From contig JBHGNT010000001.1 of NCBI GenBank assembly GCA_043228905.1, positions 17,918,001-17,982,000 of the forward strand: a stretch of 64,000 nt of DNA, given 5' to 3'. A program made the position numbers and the translations under genes. A model generated the notes under the pieces. It was not told where the DNA came from, searched no databases, and saw nothing but the letters and a program-made list of their open reading frames with translations. The stretch comes from Azolla caroliniana. Taxonomy: Eukaryota; Plantae; Polypodiophyta. Positions 39,921-52,761 of the stretch are shown piece by piece. The first letter of the stretch is position 1; each line of letters starts with the position of its first letter.

Positions 39921-41318
39921 CCTAATCTCTAAAGTTCGCGGGTCGGATACCCAATCCCTGGCTAACCTTCACAAAAGGTCATTGTGACAATTGCCAAACC
40001 GCAATTGGATCTTAACAATAACCGGAATTAAGTATAAATAGAATTTGAATGATCTTTCATTATCTGCGTCGGAATCATAAGTGCCCTTATGCTACGATCC
40101 AGATCTACTTCATTGAAGTGTTGTCTGTCCCACCAAAGTTAAACGCTTATGAAAGAATAACACAATGATAAGATGGTATTATCGGCAAAATAAGTATGAC
40201 ACTCAATCTTTCATTAACAGATGAATGATTACAATGTTTATGCCCCTTTTTTATAGGTGAGCATGTGAGATTACATACGCCGCCATTCTGGATCGGCATG
40301 TCTATTCAAACACTAATCCTAAACGACATAACGACATATCTAGTCACAGTCCAACTATTCATATTAGAAAATGATTAAAAAGGTTTATGGTTCCTATGTT
40401 TTATATATATCTCTCCGCTTCGGCTTCAAACTACCTTTTGCCCTATCCAATTGGGCTTCATCTGCATTGGCTTTAGACTATCCTTGGTCTTGTTTGATTC
40501 GGCTTCATCCGAATCGGCCTTGGATCTTTCACACTTCAATCCTTGATCTTGTCCATTCGGAAGCTCCCTAAGGGTAACACATGGCATGCCCATGGGATAG
40601 TGCCTTCCACGGTGAACCCACAAAATGAGCCTAGTCCTCCTCCAAAATTTTCGTGATACTCAGTTTGGGTTCCTTATCACCATTGTTCGCTCCTGCCTAT
40701 GCTAGTTCCCTGGCTTGAGTGGGTTGCTTCTCTATGTCTCTGACTTTAACTCCCTCCTGTGGCTGTGATCTGCTATTCTACTAATAAACTACATCACTTG
40801 CTCTACTACTTCCGTGAAGTCCTCTTCCAGCCCCCTTTGTGGCGAAGGTGGTACCACCGGCTCCACTGCTTCCTCATTGTTCTTCCCCGTGGTTCAAAGG
40901 TTTTGACTTGGTCATTTGGGTTGGATGCTCATCCCTTTCTACGGCTATTGGCTCATCCTCTTCTTCAATAAGTACTTGCTCCTATGGATTTTCTTTCGGT
41001 TTCTTCTGGTCCTTCTTATAAGCACCCAACTTAATGGAGAATTGCAGTTGATCATCATCGAACTCTTCCAGCATCTTCCGAATTTCATCCGAATGTGCTT
41101 GAGCCAACACATAGAACTCGCCCGTCAAGTCTTCCCACAATGTTGCGACATTCTTCTCATCCATCTTATAGAAACCCTTGTTGTCTTCTATCTGTTCTCC
41201 TGATCCGCCCTATACACTTGCAATTCTGTTGCTTGGGCTTCCCATGCCATCCATACTCCACTCGAGCTTTCCTCCACAATATTCTCTATCCGTTTTTTCC
41301 GATTTACCATAAAGTCTT

Positions 41319-41700
41319 TGTAAAAATTAATATGCGGAAGCGTATGACAAACTGGCTCAGCAAGATACCAACATAGTGTAGAGAAGAAGGTTTAATGGAG
41401 ACCTTACACAGAGAATACACGGGAGAGACAGAGAGAACAGAACATAAACACAATTCAAAAATAATAATCCTATGTACATAGAATGTGCTCAGAGAGCACT
41501 TTTATACAAGTCCATAAATGACTGACAGGTACTTCAATGCTCATACAAGAGAATGACACTTCTTGCTAAAAATATGCCTACGTACTAGGCTGGATATGTT
41601 GGCCTCTAACGGCCTACCGGCTTCAATCCAATCCGGCTCTCCGATCTAGCTCTAGCATATTTAGTTGATTTGGATCTGATTGATCTTGCTCGCTCAAACA
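41319..41700 (-). mobile_element. Solo LTR of a B-type Copia
   Basis: TGTAAAA...CTCAAACA, homologous to 52618-53098; flanks GTCTT/GGCTT; no PBS or PPT adjacent. Confidence 0.88.
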
Positions 41701-42356
41701 GGCTTTAAACCTGTCAGCCCCCATTTTCGCCTTGACTGTCATATCTTGTTTCTCTTTCTTCAAGTGCTTGATGGTTTCCGTCACCTCAATCTCATAATTT
41801 TTTATCTTAGAGTTGCAATTTTTTACAACTCTTTCCAGGTTCCGCTTGTTGGCCTCCACCACGACCACTTTTTCAGTTGATAGCCTCCCGTTCTTCATCT
41901 TCCTTAGTTCTCAAGCGAACAATTTCTGCCTCTAGCTACAATTTCAGCTTCTAGAGGGCTTCCTCTCGCTCAACTAGCTCAGCCTATTCTTCATCCAATT
42001 TCCACCGCACATGCTCACCAACGAACCGAAGCTCCTTGAATTCCTTGTACAATTTGTCATAGTCAATTTGTTTCTCATATATTTGCCTTGTCTGTTGAGC
42101 CCATAGATGTGCCAGTTCCACATCAGCATGCTTCCAGAATTTCCCTCTTTGTCTTCAGAAGTCCTCTTTAAGCTACCGTTTTTCCTCCACTAGATGCTCA
42201 TTCTCCTTCCGAAACATTGGGTTCTCATCCTTAACCCATCGATTGTCCTCCATTAGCTCATCATGAGCTTCCTTTAGCCGGGTATAGCTTTCCCGTCCCC
42301 ATTCCTGCTCCATCTTCATCCACTAGAATGATTCCAGAGCCGTTGTGCTACTTTCC

Positions 42357-44981
42357 GAAGGTATTTTGGATCGTATACATAAATTATCACTGGGGGAATG
42401 GACACCAGAACCTGATCATAGGAATTTATGTATTGATCTCAAATGTATGCATAGGTTTGATTGCAAGAACGTCATTGAAGATAGTAAACAAACGCACTTG
42501 AGCATGAATCTTAAGTGAGCGCCCATGTATTCCAAGATGGTTGAGGATATGTTACAAATGACAAAGACACAACATGGTGACACACTAGAATGCAAATGGG
42601 AAGCTTTTAAGAATGTCATTCTCTCTTGTACAAACAAATGTTTTTTGGCCAACCGCACATCATGGAAATGCACCAAGAAATGTAAGAAAAAATGGTTTGA
42701 TAAAGAATGTCATGAAGCTTGAAAGTGTCTTATGGTTTTGGATGTAGTTAAGGACAAAGAAAATTAACAAAAGCATTTGCATGACTATAAAAGGCTTATT
42801 CAAACAAAGAGATGAATATGGCAAGTTACTTAACAACTTCTCCAAATGCAAGAGAAAGCACATGCATGTGCTAAATTTTGGGGAAATCTAAAGGGGAAAC
42901 GTGTTGAGAGTTATGGTGACTTAACTCTTCATGACTTGTCTATGCATTATAAGAATTTATATGAGTTATCTCTTGCCGGAAAGATGATGTGTTATGGTTC
43001 TCTTTCACATATGTCTCCCTTCTTTACAATTGAAGATATATGCATAGGACTTAAGAAATTGGCCTCTCGAAAGGCAATCCATCTTCAATGTATAAAAGCT
43101 GAAATGCTCAAATGGACGGGAAAGGAAGCACATATATGGATATGCAATATGTTTAATGATGCATTGCAACATGGTATGCCAAATGATTGGACTACAAATT
43201 GGATCAAACTTTACATAAAGGCGGAGATGTAAATAATGTAAACAACTATCGAACCATCATGGCTGGCTCACTAATGGCAAAACTATTTGGATGTATAATG
43301 GAATCAAAGATAAGTGTATGGCCAGAAAACAATGGTAAGAGAGCTTATGGACAAGCTGGTTTTCGAAAACACCATAGCACCATTGATCATCTTGTCACTC
43401 TTCGAGTATTGATGGAGGAAAGTCCCCTTAGAGGTAAAGGTTTATATTGTTGCTTTGTAGACTTCAAGAAAGATTTTGATATAGTACCTTGTGAGCATCT
43501 TTGGAGGCGGATGGAAGAACTTGAGGTGCCAAGTGAATATTTGCTTGCAATTTCCCAAATATATGAGAAGGTTATATGTTGTGTGTGTTGAGAGATAGAC
43601 TTTCAAATTTTTTCAATAGCACTATTGGTGTTAAGCAAGGATGCCCACTCTCACCAACATTATTTGGTTTATGCATTGATGAATTAGAAGAAATGGTTAC
43701 CAAGTTTGTAAAGGAAGAATGCCTTGAAGAAGTGGCCATTGGGAATGTTGTGATTATGCTTTTGTTATATGTGGATGATGTAGTGCTTTTTGCAAATACT
43801 TTAGGAGATGCACAAAAGCTTATGAAGGCATTGGAAAAAATTTGCATGCATCCTAGATTAAGTGTCAATAGCTCTAAAACAAAGATTATGCTTGTGAAGA
43901 GTAAAAAAAGAGATAAACCATGCATTATGTACAACAATGAGTCACTTGAATGTGTGGAAAGCTTCAAATATCTTGGCCTTGATGTTCCTTCAAATCATAA
44001 ATGGAATGAATGTGCTACACGCAGCTTAGAGGCGGGTAAGCGAGCATATTATGCATTTGAGAACACATGCAATCTTGGAGATATTAAGTGTTGGGTCCTC
44101 AAGAAATATCTTTTTGACACTTTGGTGACCCCGGTTCTTCTCTATGGGGTGGAAGTATGGGGTGCTAGCATCCCTAAATCTACATGGAAAGCGTTTGAAA
44201 ATGTCCAAAAACATTTTCTTACAAAGTTTCTACAAGTTAAGAAACAAAGGCCCTACACCCTCCTGCTCCTTGAATTGCATGGGAAGCAAGCAAAAAGATC
44301 CAAGAGATGCATAAAAGAAAATTTTGTGTTCCGGTTGGATGCAAGATTTAGAAAAATGGTTTGGTAGATGGGATGCAAGACACTTGCTTCATGATGCATC
44401 ACTAGATTCCTCTATAAATGAGGCCTTTTTGCAACGCCAATGTATCATCACATGGGACAAATGTGGTGGCTCACGCTTCACACATTATACTACAAATGTT
44501 GCACCTAACTACAAAACCATATTCTTCGCGGAACGGGGAAGCCGTACACATCGATACATGTTTGAGCCCATCCCGATATCTACCATTCGAACCATTGCTT
44601 CCATGATACTTAGCTCGCACGCATTGAGATGTGAGACAGGGTGTTGGGGCACAAGTGATGAGAGTGGCCGACTATGCACACTTTGCCCTAAACAAGTTCG
44701 AGAGTCTGAGTATCACACTTTGATACAATGCTCTGCCTTTTATCATATTCGACCATGCGACCATGCTTTCCACATCTCTTCGATCGAGCCCAATCCTTGC
44801 ACGAATTTCTCTCACAACCACGATGTGCACTCTCGATTGCAACATTCATTGGTAAATTACTTGAACATCGAGAGTCGCTACTCACCTTCACATGTATCAC
44901 ATGAAATGTAATATTTTTGGTCTCATAGGTCATATTTGACCTTTGAAGACTATAATATAATCTATCTATCTATCTCTCTCT
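42357..44981 (+). mobile_element. 5'-truncated LINE (RTE/RTEX-like), pseudogenised RT
   Basis: NNYRTI, QAGFR, FVDFKK, GVKQGCPLSPTLF, LLYVDD, FKYLG; C-terminal RLCTLC....ESEYHTLIQC; (TCTA)n tail; TSD TTTCC (42352-42356 / 44982-44986). Confidence 0.9.
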
Positions 44982-46995
44982 TTTCCTTGTCCAAGATGGC
45001 CATTTGCACTACTAATTCCTCTCGCAACACTTCGAGTTGTTGTTTGGTCCATTCGTCTTCTGTAGCGCGATTCTCTGTTATCACCTTCTCGCCAGCTTTG
45101 GTCATCGACTCCTCTTGAGCTTATTCTATTCATTCCTTTGTTTCCACAGTTAGTGGATCTTGGTCTTTGTCAATTGTGGAGGTGTTCTCTTCTGTCGTTG
45201 TTGGCTCCTTCTTTTCTTGTCCTTCTGTTTCGCCGATCGTTCATGTGGTCTCTTCTTCCTTCCGTCTGGCTAATGTGCCATGTTTCGGAGCCTTCGTTGA
45301 TTCCGCTCTCTTGGCAAGTTCCTGCTCAACTACCTTTAAACATATTCGGTCATGCGATTCCTCCCAATCTTGCACCACATATCCCATGACTTGTCGGATA
45401 TGCCTAACTCGTTCTGCCATGTGTTTGGACAACTCCTTGTGTATTTCGGCTAATGCCGGATTGCATGCTGGTGTTCCTACTTGGTCGAATACTATCCAAC
45501 CTGGCCTGTTCACCTTCATCCTTGGCATAATTGCTCATGAGATCATCTTTTGCTCTTGTAGTTCGGCCACCAGGTGAGAAGCTACTAATGTGTTATCCTT
45601 TTCCCTTTGCCGTTTGTTCTTCCATTTGTTGTGTCACAACTGACTCCTGGTTGTCCTCTTATTGTTTCCTAGTACGAATCAATCATCATTTCTTTGGCGG
45701 TTGGCCCCACATCTGTCGTCAACACCCTTTTCCACCAATGTAGTTCTAGCTCCTTTTGCTATCCCGTTAGCCATGGTGATGGTTTCTCTAGTACCCTGGC
45801 CGGTTCTTGCTATGCCATGGGTGCGAGTCGACGTTACTACCTCCACGTCTTGTCAGCACTTCTTGGCAACTTCTATTTCCATTCGGCATTGCTTTCTTGC
45901 CATTCTGGATCGTGATGATTGCCTGTCGTGGCACATATGCTGCAATCATCACCCAATCCATCGTGTTTCCTTGTACGCGATGATTATAAACTTTGCGCGA
46001 TTCTTCGTCATGGAAGTGAGTTTGAGGTGTATGAATGGGACTTCCAGTAAAATCTTTGTGACATCGCGGGACAATAGATCTTGTCCACCCTGCGTGCGAT
46101 GTGCTTCCAATGTTGTCGCGTATTCTCCCAAATATGCTTCCAACACGTCATCAGGTGGGTGTTCCGCCAACCGGAGCCCCGCCCGTGGTAAGTCGACTGT
46201 TGTTTGCAAGGTTGTAGAGAGAAAGTTTGTAGACTATTTCAATGCTCTAAGCAAGCACACCACCAATGAAGACAAGAATGTAATATTTTATGGAATATTA
46301 AATGATCCATTGATAAAAGAATTAGTTGATTTTGATGGTTTCAAGGGAAACGTAACATCTATATTAGTAAATAATTACCGTAATAGTTTCATATCCATGA
46401 GCAAGTCAAAAGATGATCTTCTCTTGAAAAGGTGTAGTCTAATGATGTTACTTAATAGTGATGTTGATGATCTTAACATCAGTGGATCTGGCTTCACCCT
46501 ATTTTGCTCTAGTTCAGTTGTTGAGCATGGCTTCACCCTATTTTGTTCTTGATCATAAAAAACTGGATAATTTTCTCTAGGAAAATAGCTAATTAGCAGA
46601 TCCCACTAAACATAGAATCAAGAGCCCCTTGACCGAGTAACTGGTATTGTCCCCGATCGAGGCCCCTTCTTTAGCCCTTTTCTCGAAGGTTGCCCATTTA
46701 GCGTTGCTTCTTTCACCCATTGCGCAAGACTCTTACTCTTAGGCACATTGCCAACTATCTACTCATCAGTTGTAGCATCATCTCGACTGAACACCTCATG
46801 TGTGTGAGTTAATCCACGAAGTTCGAGAACAACATGTGTCAGCTAATTCACAACTTCTCTTTAGCTATTTTATACTTCTCCATCGATGTTTAGCTACTTC
46901 TATGAGGTTACCACACTATAGTTTGGCAATTAGCTACTCTAGCTAATTAGCTACCACACTATAGTTTGGCAATAGCTAATTACCTTGGAAGTAGT

Positions 46996-49900
46996 GGTAA
47001 AGTAAACGTGCGGAAGCTTATGAGACAAAACCGGTTGTACCAGGTAACAACAAAATATTGAGAAGAAAGGTTTAATGGAGACCTTATGGAGGGGAGAGAC
47101 AAAGAGAACAGAACATAAACACAATTCAAAAATAATAACGCTCTGTACATAGGATGTGCTCAGAGAGCACTTTTATACAAGTCCATAAAGGACTGGTAGA
47201 AGTACTAACAAGTACTTCAATGCTCATACAAGCGACTGACACTGACTCCCAAAAATATGCCTACATACTAGGCTAGATCCGTAGGCCTCTAACAGCCTAC
47301 CAGTTTCAATCCGATCCAGCTCTCCGATCCGGCTCCTTGTTCCAGATATCGATCCGGCTCTGGCTTATTCAGCTGATCCGGATCCGGTTGAGCTTGCTCC
47401 CTCAACACTCCCCCTCAATCTCAACATGAGGTCGGATCGTGGTGTCAGTATCTGTGATGGACAGTTCTTCCGTCCGACTTCTTCAGGTGTCCTCCTGCCT
47501 TGCTCGCGCTCCTCGTCCGGTCTGGTTCCGCTTCCCGTGAGCCGTCCAATTCTGCGCACCTCGACCTCCTTGGTCGGCTTGTCTGCTCCATAGGCCCACC
47601 TCAGCTCCTTCGCTGCCGTGAGTCTGGCGCTTGTCAACCCATTGTCTCCTCCATATTGGCGTCGACTTCTGCTCCGTCCTTGTCTGTTTGGCTTAGCGTT
47701 GATCAGGCTTATCCGAATCAAACACCTCTTTTGAATTGGGTGCATCCGATTCGTTCCAGCTCTTGTATGGATTTGTTGTCTCCAATCTGTCTCCCGTTTT
47801 CTGGCCTTTCACAACATCAAACCATGTTCGGGTCTTGGCATTCTCCTTCTGCTCGACTCTGTCCTTTTTTACTCTGCTGTTGTCGCCGTTTGTTCCAACT
47901 TGTTCGGATATGTCGACCTGGCTTCCTTTTTCTTCTTATCTCCCCCTATCTTAGTTCTTTCCTCTCTGGCCCCTTGTTCAGTGCCAATACTTGTTTCCTT
48001 TCCACCTCTCCCCCTCAACAGTGGCACGTCGAGAGGCTGTAATCCGAGCATCTCCGAAAAGTGTTGCAACTTGTCTGATCTGAGTGGCTTGGTGAAGATG
48101 TCAGCAACCTACCGATCCATGTGAACATACCAAAGTTCAACTTCACTGCTCTGGACCCACTCACGGACAAAGTGATAATGCACTTCTATGTGCTTTGTCC
48201 GAGCATGCAATACAAGGTTCTTACCGAGTTGTATGTTTCTTACGTTGTCACATTAGATCAAGATCGGGGTCAGCACCTCGATCTAGAGGTCTTGCAATAG
48301 TCGCCGAAGTGAGATGGCTTCACAGGTGGCAATGGTAGCACCCCGATATTCAGCCTCAGTGCTCGACAAAGTCACTGTTGGCTGCTTTTTTCTGCTCCAC
48401 ACAATAGTCGTGCTACCAAGAGAGAATATATAACTGAAGGTGGATCCGCGATTCAATGCATCACCGGCCCAGTCGGCATCCGTATATCCGACTAGCGGTG
48501 CAGCTATACCGTTAAAATATAACAACCCCTTATCCGTAGTGCCACTTACGTACCGGAGTATCCGGTGAGTGCACTGAAGGTGCTCAACAATCGGCTTCTA
48601 CATGAATTGGCTAATCACTCTGACCAGGTAACTGATGTTGGGTCGAGTGATTTTCAAGTAAATAAGGCTTCTAACAATTTGTCGGAACCATTTCTCATTG
48701 CAAGCCGGTCCGGAATCGGAACGTAGCTTCAAGTTCTGGTCCAAGGGTGTGGAGATTGGTCGGCATTCAGTCAAGCCGAACTTGTACAACATATTCAACA
48801 CATAGTGTCTTTGTGAGAGCAATATGCCGGCGGGGGTCCGGATCACCTCGATCCGAAGAAAATAATGAAGGTCCCCAAGTTCCTTCATTTCAAATGAGTT
48901 TGACAGACTTTACGCGGTTGATTTCATCGAGTCCAGGTCCGGTGATCACTAGATCATCTACATATAGTAGGATACAAACCAGACGTCCGAAACTTTCCAA
49001 ATGAACAACGAATAGTTAGAATTTGAGGCCACAAACCCCATTTTACGCAACCGGTGCATGATTTTTGCATTACAAGCTCGGGGGGCTTGCGTCAGGCCGT
49101 AAAGCAACTTTTTGAGTTGGATCTCCGATTGAAAACCGGGGGGTTAGATCATATAGACTTGTTCATCATGATCACATTGAAGAAACGCATTCTTCACATC
49201 CATCTGATGAAGATGCCACCCCTTGGTGCAACAACCACGTCGTATTCCGACATCTTTTTCTTCCCCTTCTCTATGCGCGTGAACCGTCTCCTCGGTTCCT
49301 TGCGCGGGGAGAGTAAGACAGAGTCTCCACTACTTGTCGGTTCTTCGTCCGAATGGTCATTCCGACTCAGCCGCTCATTCAGCCTACTTAGCCAAAATGA
49401 GATCGGACTCTCATCTAGAGTACCGAATCCTTCTTCACCTACCTAGGTTTCCTCGGGCTCACTGGCCTCATCCTCCGTAATCAGGTCGAAGTTGGACATC
49501 GGAGCCGGTAGAGAGTACCATGATGTCGACTCATCAAATTCGACATCTCGGCTCACTCGAACTTGTTTTGCTCCTTTTACTCATGTGAGTAGCCGACTAG
49601 TATGCACTTCTCCGACTTCGGATCTAGCTTCCTCATTTCTCATTCGTTAAATGCACATAGGCTATGCTACCGAATATCCGAAGGTGCCTTAAATTCGGCT
49701 TTAGCCCGAAATACAGCTCATGTGCTGACACATCGTCTTCGACCCAGTTTTGGATGTAATCAGCCGTCCGAACTGCCTCAGCCCAATAGAAGTTGGGCAT
49801 ACTTTTCTCCTCAAGCATTTCCCTCGCCGTGTCGACAATCGACCGGTTCTTTCTCTCAGCCACACCATTTTGTTCCGGTGTATACCTGCAACTGAATTCT

Positions 49901-51160
49901 CTCCGAATTCTTTTTTGCTACAGATAATTGTTCAATTGCCCGGAAAAATATTCCTTTCCACCATCCGACCATAGGCACTTGATCTATCATCCGATTTCGC
50001 GTTCAACTAAGCTTTGAAGGTTCCAGAAACACTTTTCCTCTCTCTGAGATAGATCCAAGTGTGCTGGTTGTAGTCATCAATGAAGGAGAAGAAATATCGA
50101 ATCCCGCCAAGACTAACATTCTGTGTCGGTGCCCATACATCTGAATGGATTAAGTCGAGCTTGTTATGGCTCCAGTTTCGTTCAATCGGAAATGCAAGCC
50201 GGTGTTGCTTCCCGAGTTGGCAGGCTTCACAAATTTGGGCCTTTCGGCCACTAAACTTTGGCAATCCGAACACAATTTGTTTCGATTGCAAATCTTGAAG
50301 CCCCTGGTAGTTAACGTGGCCAATCTGCTTGTGCCAAAGATTAATGTCTGATTCAATCTTCTGTCCTTTGGCAAACAAGGTGATGCCGACATCATTGGTG
50401 TTGAGGATAAACATCCTCCCGTCTTTGCGCCCTTGCGCGATTATCCGGCCTTCTTCCTCGATGAAACACTCGAGGTGCGTAAACCGTAGGTGCATTCCCT
50501 AATCAACGATTTGTCCGATCGACACCAAGTTCTTTGTGATTGTCGGGACATGCACGATCGGGAACACCGACCTCATTGGTGTTGAGGATAAACATCCTCC
50601 CGTCTTTGCGCCCTTGTACGATTATCTGGCCTTCTTCCTCGATGAAGCACCCGAGGTGCATAAACCGCACCTACATTCCCTGGTCGATGATTTGTCCGAC
50701 CGACACTAGGTTCTTTGTGGTTGTTGGGACATGTAGCACGTTCATAAGCTTCCCTTTCTCTCCAACATGGCTCAAGGGAACTTCTTTGACATGCACGATC
50801 GGGTGAGGAGTGTCGTCTCCGTTTCGACAACTCCCGGTTGTTCCGGCTTCTCTAAGAACAAGAACCACTCCTCGTGGCTCATCATGTGGTTAGATGCTCC
50901 AGACTCAAGGAACTACACTTCCTCCGATCCGGAGCTGGTCTTCTTCATTGAGTTCGCCTCATGTTTCATCACGAAGACTGGTCGGCCCTTTTTCGGTCTT
51001 CCTAGTTCCTGGTCCTTCCTATCCTCCTGCGTAATGCGAGCTTTACCGGTTCCCTTCTCCGGCCTTGCTTGATTCGGATTTATCCATGACTCGTCGGTTC
51101 CTCCGTATCGGCATAGTCTTCTGTTGTCCTTTCGTCCACTTGGCCCATCATAGATTCAAC
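46996..51160 (-). mobile_element. Element I: decayed B-type Copia (3' LTR ~46996-47407, PPT, RH, RT, IN, PR, partial gag)
   Basis: [38 protein letters not shown]; several internal deletions; ~180-bp duplication at 50393/50574. Confidence 0.88.
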
Positions 51161-51164
51161 TCCT

Positions 51165-52617
51165 CTAAATCGAACATTTCGATTGAATCGAGTGACCCCT
51201 ATTCACTTTTGCTCTCGACTGAATCAGTTGTCTTCGATTTGTTCCCACTCTTGGCCGAGTTGGCTATCTCAAACTCTTCTTCGATTTCCAGACCTTGCAC
51301 GACATCGGCCCATCTTTGTGTCTCGGTCTTTCCGCCTTTTCCTCCCCTTTTTTCGGTTGGCTCCGGCTTGGCCTCTCCATTCCGGTGGCTCCCCATGTGT
51401 TTGCTCTTGGCTTTCTCGATCGACTCATGCACTCCAACTTCTTTAGTCAGGCTGAAATCAAAATTTGTTTCCGACTCAGCTTTTCGGTCATCTTTGTCAT
51501 TCCTCCCCTTCAAGTTCGGCACATCGAGGTATTGCACACCCAGTGCACCAGAAAATTGCCGCAACTTGTCTAAGTCGAGGGGTTTGGTGAAGATATCGGG
51601 CACCTGCCGATCCGTCGGAACATGCAGCAGTTCCACTTCACCAGAGAGAACACGCTCGCAGACAAAATGGTAGTGCACCTCAATGTGCTTTTTCCGGGCG
51701 TGAAAGATGGGGTTCTTAACCAACTGGATGATGCTGAGGTTATCGCAATAGATGATCGCCAGATCGAATACCTCCACACGTAGATCCTTGAGTAGCCTTT
51801 TTAGCCATATGGCTTCGCACGTTGCGACATCCGCTCCTCGGTACTCTGCCTCAGTGACAATGCATATCCAGATGTAGACCTACGGTCACCGGCATTTCTG
51901 GCCCAATCGGCATCTATGTGGCCGACAAGTTGTCCGGCTACATCGGTCCGATACAACAACCCCCTGTCCTTAGTGTCGCTAACATACTTGAGTATTCGGT
52001 GTGTGCATTGAAGGTGCTCCATAGTCAAATGCTCCATGAATTGACTAATCAATCCGACCGGATAGTTGATATCCGGATAGGTGATGGGTCTCTACGTGAT
52101 CTTCGCATTCTAGGCACACGGGGCTTGCTTGAGTCTGTAGAGGGACTTCTTCAATTGGCATACAACATATGTGCTCCCTCTGGACTGAAATCCAGGGGGT
52201 TGAACCATAAACACTCGTTCCTCAAGATCACCTTGTAGGAATGTGTTTTTCACATCCATCTGATGTAGATGCTACCCCTTCGCCGCTACCACCGCATGCA
52301 GGACACGGACGATCGTCATCTTCACGACTGGCGTGAATGTCTCATCATAGTCGATGTCGTGCTATTGCACATAGCCTTTGGTCACTAACCAGGCCTTGTA
52401 CCTGTTGACGGAGCCGTAGGTGTTGTATTTAACCTTGTATACCCATCGGCATCCCATCAGCTTCACTCTTTCGATATATCCACTAAATCCCACGCCTCAT
52501 TTTCCGTGAGTGCATGCATCTCTTCCTCCATAGCATCATGCCAATTTGCATCCTTCGCCGCTTCTGCGTAGCTCTCTGGCTCATGCACTGCCGCCACCTT
52601 CATCATGTACGCATAAT
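51165..52617 (-). pseudogene. Element J: Copia RT/RNase H fragment fused to element I
   Basis: KHIEVHYHFVCE, IFTKPL, HIDADWA, QMDVKN; abuts the gag of element I. Confidence 0.8.
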
Positions 52618-52724
52618 TGTAAAAGTTAGCGTGTGGAAGCTTGACAACACTAGTTTAGCCAGGCAGCAATAGAGAATAGAAAACACAGGTTCAATGGAAG
52701 CTTGAGAATATTTAGCATACATTG

Positions 52725-52761
<37 letters not shown>

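Larger units (their letters stand above)
39925..46210 (-). mobile_element. Element H remnant: decayed long charged/coiled-coil ORF plus an LTR-like segment (~39925-40400); probable retrotransposon accessory ORF
   Basis: The frame is restored across the LINE (LDKESSTTALES); ORF pieces at 45949-46209, 45241-45528, 41623-41898 and 40982-41164; no recognisable catalytic motif. Confidence 0.45.

Noticed and set aside
45662-46552. 296-aa ORF as a single gene
   Set aside because: It crosses a compositional junction at ~46210; the first part is antisense to element H.
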